DNA of 64,000 nucleotides from a phage: sequence record PV419677.1. One strand, 5' to 3'. A program made the position numbers and the translations under genes. Positions 9,288 through 18,244 of the stretch are shown here, in pieces (within the stretch, counting starts at the first letter, position 1; each line of letters opens with the position of its first letter). The notes under the pieces were generated by a model. The model searched no databases. It worked only from the letters and a program-made list of their open reading frames with translations, and had not been told where the DNA came from.

Positions 9288-10298
9288 TTAACGATAATAG
9301 GAATTGTGGTTGTCAAGATATACCTCCTCAACAAACTTGTCCCAGAACTTCATGTCCACCTTCGCAGGCATACCATTCTTAGCAGCCTGGATGGCCAGAA
9401 CTTCAACTAAATCGACAGTATCTTCAAGAAGTTCTTGAACTTCTTTAAATGGTAATTCACCAGCTTTAATCAGCTTAATGATAGAGGCTTCACGCAATGG
9501 GAATACCAAGTCACCTGTTTGGTAGATTTCCATCAATTGATACCCTGCACGATATGCATGGCTCAGTGCTTTCCAGTCAATACCTTCATTAGCTTCAGCC
9601 TTACGAGCACGTTCACCATATTCGGCGTCGAGTTTATCCAGAGATTGCTTGAGCTCGATTAATGATAGAGTAGTTTGGTATTTACGACCGAGGACAGTAT
9701 AGAACGTTTGAGGACCTGTTTTCTCATGGTTATGAAATACCCATTCGCAGAACTCGTTTTCAGGGAGTCGATGTTTGATATCTTCTACCTTAGTGCGACG
9801 TTGCTTAGTCGAACCGTCTTCTTGATAATCAACCCACTGTTCAGGAATCTGATTAACGATTGCCAGTACACCACGCAGTGCAGCCAATCGAGAACCTTTA
9901 ACACCATATTTGGAAGCTTGCTTACGGACATACCCCAAATAGGCTTTCATGTTAGTTGTATAGAACCGCGAACGGTTGTCTTGAATAAACTTCCATACAT
10001 CTGGTAAATCGGATTTGACTACCAGGTCAGCCGGTGTGTGAATCATATCCAGAGCAACGGTTTCGCCTTCAGCAGCCAGTTTAAAGAAATATTTCAGACT
10101 ATAAAGTTCATGGTCAACATCATCTTTTGTATTTTTGGTAGCCGTGTTATTCGTGTTCAGGTTGGTATGGTTCATCGCGGTTCCGAGCAGGATATCTCGC
10201 GGATGAGGAACAAAGATTTCTTTAAAATCGACATCAGATTCCGGAGTACTTGTTCCATAAAGGTGGGAGCCAAAATATCCCTTCATAACAGTTCTCAT
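9288..10298 (-). CDS. nucleotidyltransferase-fold protein
   Basis: N-terminal GSHLYGTSTPESDVDFKEIFV (GS..DxD signature); ATG at 10298 overlaps the upstream stop; ~336 aa. Confidence 0.6.
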   Translation of the reverse strand: MRTVMKGYFGSHLYGTSTPESDVDFKEIFVPHPRDILLGTAMNHTNLNTNNTATKNTKDDVDHELYSLKYFFKLAAEGETVALDMIHTPADLVVKSDLPDVWKFIQDNRSRFYTTNMKAYLGYVRKQASKYGVKGSRLAALRGVLAIVNQIPEQWVDYQEDGSTKQRRTKVEDIKHRLPENEFCEWVFHNHEKTGPQTFYTVLGRKYQTTLSLIELKQSLDKLDAEYGERARKAEANEGIDWKALSHAYRAGYQLMEIYQTGDLVFPLREASIIKLIKAGELPFKEVQELLEDTVDLVEVLAIQAAKNGMPAKVDMKFWDKFVEEVYLDNHNSYYR

Positions 10299-10747
10299 TT
10301 TTTGTCCTCGAAGTGGATTACAGGGCACATCTTAGATTTACGAGCTTTAATGTATTGAATAACGATGTTTTCTTTAGTTTCCTTTCCTTCACGTTTGGCT
10401 AGAATACGTTGCCATTCCTTTTCTTCTTTACGTAAATCATACCAGGACCATAAATTCATTAGACCATACATTAAACCAAATGCTACCGCCAGAATAAGAG
10501 CCAGTGTAGCTAGTCCTAAAATAAACCCTAAACCTAAACCAACCGGGGTACTTAATACAAAGAAATGCTCTAATACACCAGCCCCCGCGACAGTGAATCC
10601 AAAAACCACACTACCGATAAAAATGGCACAAACAAAACAGGCCCAAACCATTTTCCAAAAGTAAGCACACAATGAGTGTGGACGAGAATGGCGGTCATAA
10701 AATTTATCGTGGAAACGAGCATGCCAAGAGTTTGCATTGATAATCAT
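10295..10747 (-). CDS. membrane protein
   Basis: 150 aa, three hydrophobic segments, charged C-terminus. Confidence 0.6.
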   Translation of the reverse strand: MIINANSWHARFHDKFYDRHSRPHSLCAYFWKMVWACFVCAIFIGSVVFGFTVAGAGVLEHFFVLSTPVGLGLGFILGLATLALILAVAFGLMYGLMNLWSWYDLRKEEKEWQRILAKREGKETKENIVIQYIKARKSKMCPVIHFEDKK

Positions 10748-10757
10748 AATATTTTCC

Positions 10758-11318
10758 TTAAGAGTTCATAGTTGGGATAACAGAGTTCAGATAAGAGACT
10801 AAAACTTTTAGCTCGTCTTTAGTAAATACGACTTCACTTTCACCGTCATGTCTTTGGACAATGGACAACAAGTCACGACCGTTATGTTGAACAACAGTCA
10901 GTTCAGTATTATAATTCAATTCCTCTTCATCGCCTTCAAACGTTTCACTAGAACGAATCAGTGCATCTTGACCTGGGACTTTCCATTCAACTTCTGGTTT
11001 ACATTCTTCCTGGAAGAGTTTGAAAATACAATCAAAGAATTTATCAGAATCGCTAATGCTCAGGCATTCTATACCATTTTCCAGATTAAACCCATTTTCA
11101 TTTTTATAGATATAAGCGTATAGCTCATCGTTAATATCGACAGGAGCACTATGACGACCGTTAAGATATTCATCTTTATCCAAAACCATTAAATCATAAA
11201 GTGGTTTAATATCAGCGATAGTCAGTACGATTTTATCGTCTTCTTGACAAAGCTCAATTGCGTTATTAACTACTTCAGCGGTCAGTTCGCCAAACAATTC
11301 AGTTGTTTCAATAATCAT
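10758..11318 (-). CDS. hypothetical acidic protein
   Basis: ORF track, 186 aa. Confidence 0.6.
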   Translation of the reverse strand: MIIETTELFGELTAEVVNNAIELCQEDDKIVLTIADIKPLYDLMVLDKDEYLNGRHSAPVDINDELYAYIYKNENGFNLENGIECLSISDSDKFFDCIFKLFQEECKPEVEWKVPGQDALIRSSETFEGDEEELNYNTELTVVQHNGRDLLSIVQRHDGESEVVFTKDELKVLVSYLNSVIPTMNS

Positions 11319-11328
11319 TTTCTGTTCC

Positions 11329-11601
11329 TCAACGGTTATGTTTTAAAATACTATAAAGCTCTTCGACTTGGTCTGCATTCAGACAAATCATATCATTTTC
11401 TTGCTGGATTGTGATTCCACCTTTTTCTTCCCAATCTTTAACAAAGATGTCATCGTCGGATTCTTCATCATCTGCTAAAAGGACAATAATACCATCTTCA
11501 GAATTACCACTCGGGTCATATAACATTACAGTTTCCTCGCTAACCATGAAAAGAATAAACCAATTAAAACAGGTCCTACAGCCATTGTTAACCAAGCCCA
11601 A
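11329..11601 (-). CDS. hypothetical acidic protein
   Basis: ORF track, 90 aa. Confidence 0.4.
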   Translation of the reverse strand: MGLVNNGCRTCFNWFILFMVSEETVMLYDPSGNSEDGIIVLLADDEESDDDIFVKDWEEKGGITIQQENDMICLNADQVEELYSILKHNR

Positions 11602-11617
11602 GGTTCAAGATAGTAAA

Positions 11618-11875
11618 TCATCTCATGCTCCTGTGCCAACAATTTCGTGGCTCACGTTTAAAAATTTCATCATGCATTGATTGACAACCAACACAATATA
11701 TCACACCTTTAATCGCTTGTCTCCGCGCTTCAGGAATTTTTTCGTCGCAGTCAAAACAGAATTCAGCAGACTCCCTTTCAACTGCAACTTGTGCTCTCGC
11801 ATGGGTGATAGCGGCTTGGACAACCGCTTCCATCTCTAACTGTTCAGCACCATCTTTTGCAAATCCAACAGCCAT
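11618..11875 (-). CDS. TraR/DksA-family C4 zinc-finger protein
   Basis: CFDCDEKIPEARRQAIKGVIYCVGCQ matches the TraR/DksA CxxC-x17-CxxC finger. Confidence 0.65.
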   Translation of the reverse strand: MAVGFAKDGAEQLEMEAVVQAAITHARAQVAVERESAEFCFDCDEKIPEARRQAIKGVIYCVGCQSMHDEIFKREPRNCWHRSMR

Positions 11876-12057
11876 TATTCTTTCAACTCATTAAGATACT
11901 CAACCAATGCTGCTTTAGAATTCGCTAAATCTCGTTTACACTGCTCTATTCCGGAATATGAATAGCCTTCACAATGTTCAACAGCCAATTCATAAGAGTT
12001 AATTTCAACATCACGAGCGAGTTTGATAATTTTTTCAATCTGTTCAGTAGTTAACAT
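11875..12057 (-). CDS. hypothetical protein
   Basis: ORF track, 60 aa. Confidence 0.4.
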   Translation of the reverse strand: MLTTEQIEKIIKLARDVEINSYELAVEHCEGYSYSGIEQCKRDLANSKAALVEYLNELKE

Positions 12058-12061
12058 AATA

Positions 12062-12298
12062 TCACCAGTATTTTTTGATGGTAGAAATTAATTCTTGGAT
12101 TTGAGTGGTCTTCAGCTTACACCCACACCCCCTTAAGGTGTCTTTAAGGAGCCATGGCTCCTTGAGCTCGTCCTTTTCCATGCGGATTCTATATCCGCGG
12201 TAATCAGCAAATATGCTTCCGTCATCAAATATCTTAATTTCAAGAATATGATTATTGGTTTCATATTCCAATGAAACCATGGTATTTGTAAGTTTCAT
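12062..12298 (-). CDS. hypothetical protein
   Basis: ORF track, 78 aa. Confidence 0.45.
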   Translation of the reverse strand: MKLTNTMVSLEYETNNHILEIKIFDDGSIFADYRGYRIRMEKDELKEPWLLKDTLRGCGCKLKTTQIQELISTIKKYW

Positions 12299-12501
12299 TA
12301 TTCCACCACATATGATAATGAGAAAATTGCTGATGAAAGATGAGTAGCATCTTCTTCACACAGTTCAAATGGAGCTTTCTGTAAGAGTTCAACCACTTCT
12401 TCATCAGTGGCACTGTCCATAAAGATTGCATAATCATTAAGATAGATAACAACCTCATCACCAGTATTAACTGCATTAATCTTGATATTTTTAATTCTCA
12501 T
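12298..12501 (-). CDS. hypothetical acidic protein
   Basis: ORF track, 67 aa; preceded by promoter cassette. Confidence 0.45.
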   Translation of the reverse strand: MRIKNIKINAVNTGDEVVIYLNDYAIFMDSATDEEVVELLQKAPFELCEEDATHLSSAIFSLSYVVE

Positions 12502-12572
12502 TGTGTTCTCCTCAGTAGTTGATGGGATAATAGTACACCCTTTTTATGAGGATGTAAACCCCTTAATGAAAA

Positions 12573-12598
12573 AAGGTCCACCCGAAGGCAGACCTTTT
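12573..12598. terminator. symmetric hairpin flanked by A-run and T-run (possible bidirectional terminator)
   Basis: aaaaGGTCcacccgaaggcaGACCtttt. Confidence 0.4.
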
Positions 12599-12601
12599 GA
12601 A

Positions 12602-12985
12602 TTACTCTAATGTTAACAGATACTTAGTCTGAAAGAAAACTCCAACGATATCGTCCAGAGTCGATTGAATAGCCTTAGGTACAACTTTATAGACTCTTTC
12701 CGAGCTTTTAATCATTTCATCTAAAAACAAAATTGTATCTTTCGGCAAGTCCGAGGCGGACGGTAATGCAGCTTTGTATTGTTTCCCGCTGTAACCTAAC
12801 CATTGCTCACTGAACTGGTCGAGTGGACCTTGGATTTCTGTGAAGTAGAAATCATAAGCTTTATGGCGGGCGTAACTTTTGGTTTCAAGATGGGCGGACT
12901 TAAAATAAGCCAAAGAGACTAACAACCACCCAATATATGAATCCACCTCAGACCCACGACCCGTTACGAAATCATCAAATTTCAT
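12602..12985 (-). CDS. hypothetical protein (rI.-1 position)
   Basis: ORF track, 127 aa; downstream of rI. Confidence 0.5.
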   Translation of the reverse strand: MKFDDFVTGRGSEVDSYIGWLLVSLAYFKSAHLETKSYARHKAYDFYFTEIQGPLDQFSEQWLGYSGKQYKAALPSASDLPKDTILFLDEMIKSSERVYKVVPKAIQSTLDDIVGVFFQTKYLLTLE

Positions 12986-13268
12986 CTTCCAATTTTACCT
13001 TCATTAATTTAGCGTACTCGACTGCAGCAGCCCGGCCATCAATTTGACATGTGATTTCATTTACACATTGACTCTTATTGTTCCATTCAGTTTTAATAAA
13101 AGCCCAAAATTGTTCGGACTGCTCGACGCTGGGTTCTTTGAATTGCGAATAGATTTGCATCGCACTATCTGCATACTGGGTAAATTTACCATCTGTAGCA
13201 GAGGACATATTTGGGCCTAAACAGCCCATTAGTAATAGACTTAGAGAAAGTCCTCGAATAAGGTCCAT
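12975..13268 (-). CDS. rI: lysis inhibition regulator, periplasmic
   Basis: 97 aa; signal-anchor N-terminus; SEQF and Cys-x-Cys pattern resemble T4 RI as recalled; lies next to tk. Confidence 0.65.
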   Translation of the reverse strand: MDLIRGLSLSLLLMGCLGPNMSSATDGKFTQYADSAMQIYSQFKEPSVEQSEQFWAFIKTEWNNKSQCVNEITCQIDGRAAAVEYAKLMKVKLEDEI

Positions 13269-13337
13269 AAGGACTCCTATTGTTGGTCATGATTACGCTT
13301 TGCAGCCTTAACATAGCGGAATACTAGTTAGTAACTG

Positions 13338-13345
13338 TATTTATA
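13338..13345 (-). promoter_or_regulatory. late promoter octamer TATAAATA (minus strand)
   Basis: exact octamer about 70 bp 5' of the rI start. Confidence 0.4.
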
Positions 13346-13616
13346 GACGTTTAAAATTAAAGCAGTACTCTGAAAATAAACCTGCAAAATTACGTTCAAC
13401 CCAGACCCGTTGTTTTGGGCTAGTGACCATTGACAAATAGTATGCTTGTTGCAGGCTTATTCCATTTTTATTAGGACACTCTTTGTTGAACGAGTGATAG
13501 GTACTTGCAACGATTTCGACTTCGCGCTCATACCTTTCCTGGTCCTGCTGCATAGGAACAAAAACCAAAACCAGGAATATCAAAATAGAGATATACGTCC
13601 AAACCTTGTATACCAT
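13341..13616 (-). CDS. small membrane-anchored protein (rI.1 position)
   Basis: 91 aa; hydrophobic N-terminal helix. Confidence 0.5.
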   Translation of the reverse strand: MVYKVWTYISILIFLVLVFVPMQQDQERYEREVEIVASTYHSFNKECPNKNGISLQQAYYLSMVTSPKQRVWVERNFAGLFSEYCFNFKRL

Positions 13617-13623
13617 GCGAACC

Positions 13624-14196
13624 TCAGCTTGTTAATTCGAGCCAATGTTTTCTGCACAAAGATACGTACGATTCATTCCCACCGACCAATACTTGCTCGC
13701 CGTCCTTTACAGCAGCACCGTCGATTACTCGAGCGGTCATGGTTGCTTTCCGGCCGCAATGGCAGACGCCCTTTAATTCAACCAGTTTATCCGAAATAGC
13801 CAGAAGTCTGGCTGAACCGGGAAATAATTGACCCCGAAAATCTGTTCTTAACCCGTAACACATAACGGGGATATTGTAATTATCGACCACTTGAGCTAAC
13901 TGGTCAATTTGCTCTGGTAACAAAAATTGAGCTTCATCGACCAGGACACAATGGATATCCTTTTGAGACTCGGCCCATTTATAGAATTCAAACAGGTTCA
14001 TGTCGGCCGTTACCAGGTTTGCTTCCTGGCTAATACCGATGCGTGATTTAATTTCAGATTCCGAGTCCCGATTATCAATAACAGGTTTTAGCAAAAGCAC
14101 ACTCATTCCACGCTCTTTATAGGAATAAGCTGCAGTCAGCAATGAAGCTGTTTTGCCTGCATTCATTGCTGCGTAATGATAAATTAAACTCGCCAT
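13624..14196 (-). CDS. tk: thymidine kinase
   Basis: 190 aa; P-loop MNAGKTASLL; C-terminal Cys pairs typical of TK. Confidence 0.9.
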   Translation of the reverse strand: MASLIYHYAAMNAGKTASLLTAAYSYKERGMSVLLLKPVIDNRDSESEIKSRIGISQEANLVTADMNLFEFYKWAESQKDIHCVLVDEAQFLLPEQIDQLAQVVDNYNIPVMCYGLRTDFRGQLFPGSARLLAISDKLVELKGVCHCGRKATMTARVIDGAAVKDGEQVLVGGNESYVSLCRKHWLELTS

Positions 14197-14205
14197 ATCA
14201 CCTTC

Positions 14206-14391
14206 TTAAAGCGTATTCACATAAGCTATTAATTCGTTTTCTTTCTCGTCAAATCGACTAGCAAATTCTTCCAGATGGTCGGCATCTATTGGGCCATATT
14301 CATCGTAAAAAGCGTTTGCTTCGGCATGCTCTTCCAAAAGCTCATGGATGAGCTCAAACAATCTACTTTTCTGACTAATACTTAAACTCAT
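14206..14391 (-). CDS. hypothetical acidic protein
   Basis: ORF track, 61 aa. Confidence 0.45.
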   Translation of the reverse strand: MSLSISQKSRLFELIHELLEEHAEANAFYDEYGPIDADHLEEFASRFDEKENELIAYVNTL

Positions 14392-14594
14392 TTCGGTTCA
14401 CCATATCGCACAAATTTAGGATGTTCGCAATAACCAGAATGAAAACCTTCACCCTTATGATTAGAACATCCTTTATTAGAACAGTACCACCAGTAATCAT
14501 ATTCGCAATTCATTTCATCATTGCATAAAGCTGCGATTACTGGCCATTCGCATTTTTCACATTTGGCCGTTTTAAGAATTCGGGCTTGGCTCAT
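14388..14594 (-). CDS. Cys/Trp-rich small protein
   Basis: 68 aa with 9 Cys. Confidence 0.5.
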   Translation of the reverse strand: MSQARILKTAKCEKCEWPVIAALCNDEMNCEYDYWWYCSNKGCSNHKGEGFHSGYCEHPKFVRYGEPK

Positions 14595-15045
14595 AATCCA
14601 CCACTATTAAATCAATGTCAGGAGTAAACATATCAATTAATTTAGAAACCTTTTCCCAATCTCCACCTGCAATACCACAACCAATACGCGGAATATAAAT
14701 TACCGGTTTAAACAAAAGGGTTTCTGCTTGTAGATTTAATTCTATCATACAATTTACTAAAGCACCATAATCAAGATTAGGGCCCGGTTCATATTGGGTG
14801 TACAAATTATAACACATACCAAACCCATTGGGCTTATGTTTAAAAACAATAGACATATCACCGAGTTTTTCTCTGGAACCGTATTCAGTAGTGGTTTTAT
14901 CTATTTCTAAAACTTTTGGATAAGCCTTCGCCAACTGTCCGGCAACACCAGAACCCATTGTGTGGAAGCAGTTACAACCATGGGCAATAATATTACCTTG
15001 AAGAAAGAGGGCGACGATATCGCCCTTAATATACTGGGTAATCAT
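14572..15045 (-). CDS. macrodomain protein (ADP-ribose binding/hydrolase fold)
   Basis: GDIV..NIIAHGCNC..MGSGVAGQL and PRIGCGIAGGDW match macrodomain signatures (compare E. coli YmdB). Confidence 0.7.
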   Translation of the reverse strand: MITQYIKGDIVALFLQGNIIAHGCNCFHTMGSGVAGQLAKAYPKVLEIDKTTTEYGSREKLGDMSIVFKHKPNGFGMCYNLYTQYEPGPNLDYGALVNCMIELNLQAETLLFKPVIYIPRIGCGIAGGDWEKVSKLIDMFTPDIDLIVVDYEPSPNS

Positions 15046-15401
15046 TTAGAGTTCAATCCTCTATTATATGAATCCACTAACCTGTCAACCATACTGGTGC
15101 AGGCCGCCTTATATTTTGCACTTGACAGAATGCAATCCATTTCAAATAATTTCTTTTCATATTTGTTGGATAATACATTCTTTTTCAAAAGCGTATGTTC
15201 AACATCATTTTGGCCATCTTTATAGGCTGCAGTGAGCTTGGCACTGAACTGGATTACACAATCCACATTGCTTGCTGCGCAATAATCTTTGGCCGTCCTC
15301 GTTGCATATTCTATGATGCTGTTGTTGTCGTCGCTCTGTACTGAAGCTATTCCTCCCATGCTGAATACTAACCCTATGGCTAAAGTGATAACTCTTACCA
15401 T
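15042..15401 (-). CDS. secreted/periplasmic protein
   Basis: 119 aa; signal peptide MVRVITLAIGLVFSMGGIASV; four Cys. Confidence 0.55.
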   Translation of the reverse strand: MVRVITLAIGLVFSMGGIASVQSDDNNSIIEYATRTAKDYCAASNVDCVIQFSAKLTAAYKDGQNDVEHTLLKKNVLSNKYEKKLFEMDCILSSAKYKAACTSMVDRLVDSYNRGLNSK

Positions 15402-15403
15402 TT

Positions 15404-15946
15404 TTAATCCACCGTTTTTAATAGGCCTCGTGATTTCAAGTAGTTAGCTTTTTCTAGGACCTGTGAAGCATACGTATTACCAGCTTTCACATTCCACCCT
15501 GCGTTATATGATGATAGTGTTTTTCTTATATCCCCCTTATGAATATTCAACCAGTATGAAAGCTCAATATAAGCCCAGCGTGCACTGTTCTCTCTCTTGC
15601 TTATCATCTTGATTATTTCTTTATCTGTCATTGTCCACCCAACCTGTTTCACTCGTTCGCGTACGGTTGGAAGATAATTTTGGAATATACCATATGCATG
15701 ATGCTTATCTTTATTTAATCCAGTATTAATCCCAGCAGAACTCTCCTGCCAGGTTAAACCAGCCATGATATATCCCAAACCATTATGTTGGTGCGGATTT
15801 TCTTTGTACTTACCATTTTTCTGGAATTGTTCTCCAAACGCATAAGCATATTGGAGGTTTTCCATTTGTTCATTACTGAAAGTAGGCTCTACGCTATGGG
15901 CAGACATACTAACTGTCAATAGTAAGGTGGCGATTACTTTTTTCAT
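15404..15946 (-). CDS. periplasmic lytic-transglycosylase-like protein
   Basis: signal peptide MKKVIATLLLTVSMSAHS; QESS..AYGIFQ..SYNAG resembles family-1 lytic transglycosylase motifs. Confidence 0.6.
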   Translation of the reverse strand: MKKVIATLLLTVSMSAHSVEPTFSNEQMENLQYAYAFGEQFQKNGKYKENPHQHNGLGYIMAGLTWQESSAGINTGLNKDKHHAYGIFQNYLPTVRERVKQVGWTMTDKEIIKMISKRENSARWAYIELSYWLNIHKGDIRKTLSSYNAGWNVKAGNTYASQVLEKANYLKSRGLLKTVD

Positions 15947-15956
15947 GAATTCCCCA

Positions 15957-16415
15957 TTAGATATAAATCACTTTTGTGCTAATTTTTCCTTCCAGACGAT
16001 TAGAGTTAACAAACGCCATACGACAACACATGGTCGGAGACTTCCCAGGAATAGCGGGGTTAACTGTCATTCCTAACCACAGGTTCTTGTCTGTGATTTC
16101 CAGACGAAGTGGACGGTAGTTCACATTCGGGTCAATTTGTGCTTCAACTTCCGGGAGTGGTTTCATTTCCAGGAATTCAACGATTTCTTTTACATGTGGT
16201 GTGATTTTTCCAAACAAGTCAAAAACATATTGTTCATCAATTTCACGTTGGATTGCACGGTCCAACAGGTGCGGACTGTACTTAATGAAGAATGCTTCAA
16301 GGCCTGCTTCTTTACAAGCCTTGTTGATAGCATTATTAATTTTGAGGAACTCCGTTTCAAAAATGCGACGAAGTTTATTGCGGCGAATGTAAACACTTGA
16401 ATCGATAGTAGTCAT
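15957..16415 (-). CDS. regB: RegB site-specific endoribonuclease
   Basis: from MTTIDSS: VYIRRNKLRR..HLLDRAIQREIDEQYVFDLF matches T4 RegB as recalled; 152 aa. Confidence 0.8.
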   Translation of the reverse strand: MTTIDSSVYIRRNKLRRIFETEFLKINNAINKACKEAGLEAFFIKYSPHLLDRAIQREIDEQYVFDLFGKITPHVKEIVEFLEMKPLPEVEAQIDPNVNYRPLRLEITDKNLWLGMTVNPAIPGKSPTMCCRMAFVNSNRLEGKISTKVIYI

Positions 16416-16471
16416 GATTATCTCCTTTTGTTTGATGGGATAATCATAACTCATTTCAATCTGCTTGTACA

Positions 16472-17051
<580 letters not shown>

Positions 17052-17055
<4 letters not shown>

Positions 17056-17285
17056 TTCACTTCCTCGCCAGTTGCGATATCATATTCCACCAAACGAATG
17101 CCGTCAGTCCAACCTTGCACGGAGATATAAGTAGTTGGATAAATCATTTCTTTACCATTCCACTGACCGCCATTCCAGACTTCCAGAAAGTCTTGTTCAC
17201 CGGGTCCATTAAACCATTCAACAAATCTTTTCAGAGCTGCGTCAGAACCTTCAATAGTCAATTTAGACATATTTTTTCCAGTCAC
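17052..17285 (-). CDS. hypothetical protein
   Basis: ORF track, 77 aa. Confidence 0.5.
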
Positions 17286-17562
17286 TAATTAATCGCACAT
17301 CCTGGTCATAGGTCAGGAGGCTACGAGTTATAATACCCTTACACGGTCCAGAAATAAATTCCAGAGTAAAGTAAGGAACCAACTTCATCAAGCGAATACT
17401 CGGAGCAGTGCAACGAAATCTGGACCCAATAAAAGGTCCAGACAAAAACACATACTCAAAGAAATTAGCTTTATTAAAGATTTCATAATTCTTTACGAAA
17501 TCCTCAGACCGAACCTTTGGGCTAAAATAGATTTGGTCAAAAAGCTCTTCATGGGTCATCAT
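17263..17562 (-). CDS. hypothetical protein
   Basis: ORF track, 99 aa. Confidence 0.5.
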   Translation of the reverse strand: MMTHEELFDQIYFSPKVRSEDFVKNYEIFNKANFFEYVFLSGPFIGSRFRCTAPSIRLMKLVPYFTLEFISGPCKGIITRSLLTYDQDVRLISDWKKYV

Positions 17563-18101
17563 TGCATTCCTATCACAAAGAACAGAGGACGTGTGGTTTG
17601 ATTGGTTTCTTCACATGATGCACGACAACAATGTTGCACTACCTTTATATGAGCATCATAAATCTTATCCATATCAGGCGTTTTAACAGGCTCATCAATT
17701 ATATACAGAACCCGTGAAAGTGATAATCCACGGAATTTGCATGCAGTGTTACCAATAAAACTACGAACAGAATCAGTGTACAAACGGTACTTAATACTTT
17801 CTGTATGGTTATTAAAATATTCCTTTCGGATTGCAGTAGCCGAAACATTAGCATACGCGGCGCAATTAGACAAAATAATTACAGTCCCACCACCTGCGAG
17901 CCAATCAGACGCAAAAATGGATACTGCCCTTGTTTTACCAGATTGGCGTCCACCATCAAGTTTTAGGGTGCAGTATTCTTTAAACAGGGTTTGTGAATCG
18001 GGTACATAAAACCCACTATTACAAATGTGTTCTACTCTAGCATCAGAATGGTTTGCAAAAGCATTCATCAGGGATAGATAACTACCGGTTAAAAATTTCA
18101 T
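17559..18101 (-). CDS. small P-loop NTPase
   Basis: Walker A GGRQSGKT and Walker B-like LYIIDEP. Confidence 0.55.
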   Translation of the reverse strand: MKFLTGSYLSLMNAFANHSDARVEHICNSGFYVPDSQTLFKEYCTLKLDGGRQSGKTRAVSIFASDWLAGGGTVIILSNCAAYANVSATAIRKEYFNNHTESIKYRLYTDSVRSFIGNTACKFRGLSLSRVLYIIDEPVKTPDMDKIYDAHIKVVQHCCRASCEETNQTTRPLFFVIGMQ

Positions 18102-18244
18102 AGTTGTCTCTTAGTTGTGGGGCCGTTCCTTGGCGCATCATTCATCCCTTCCTGCATTTACCCATTACCGCACTCGGGCTCGACCTTATTACAGGTTGGC
18201 GGGAGTCCCTCAGGATTGAGGTCCAGGTTGCTCCCATTTAATTA
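18102..18244 (-). other. GC-rich structured non-coding spacer
   Basis: 143 nt with no ORF-track ORF on the minus strand; nested inverted repeats GGGAG..CTCCC and CCTCA..TGAGG; visibly GC-richer than flanks. Confidence 0.35.
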
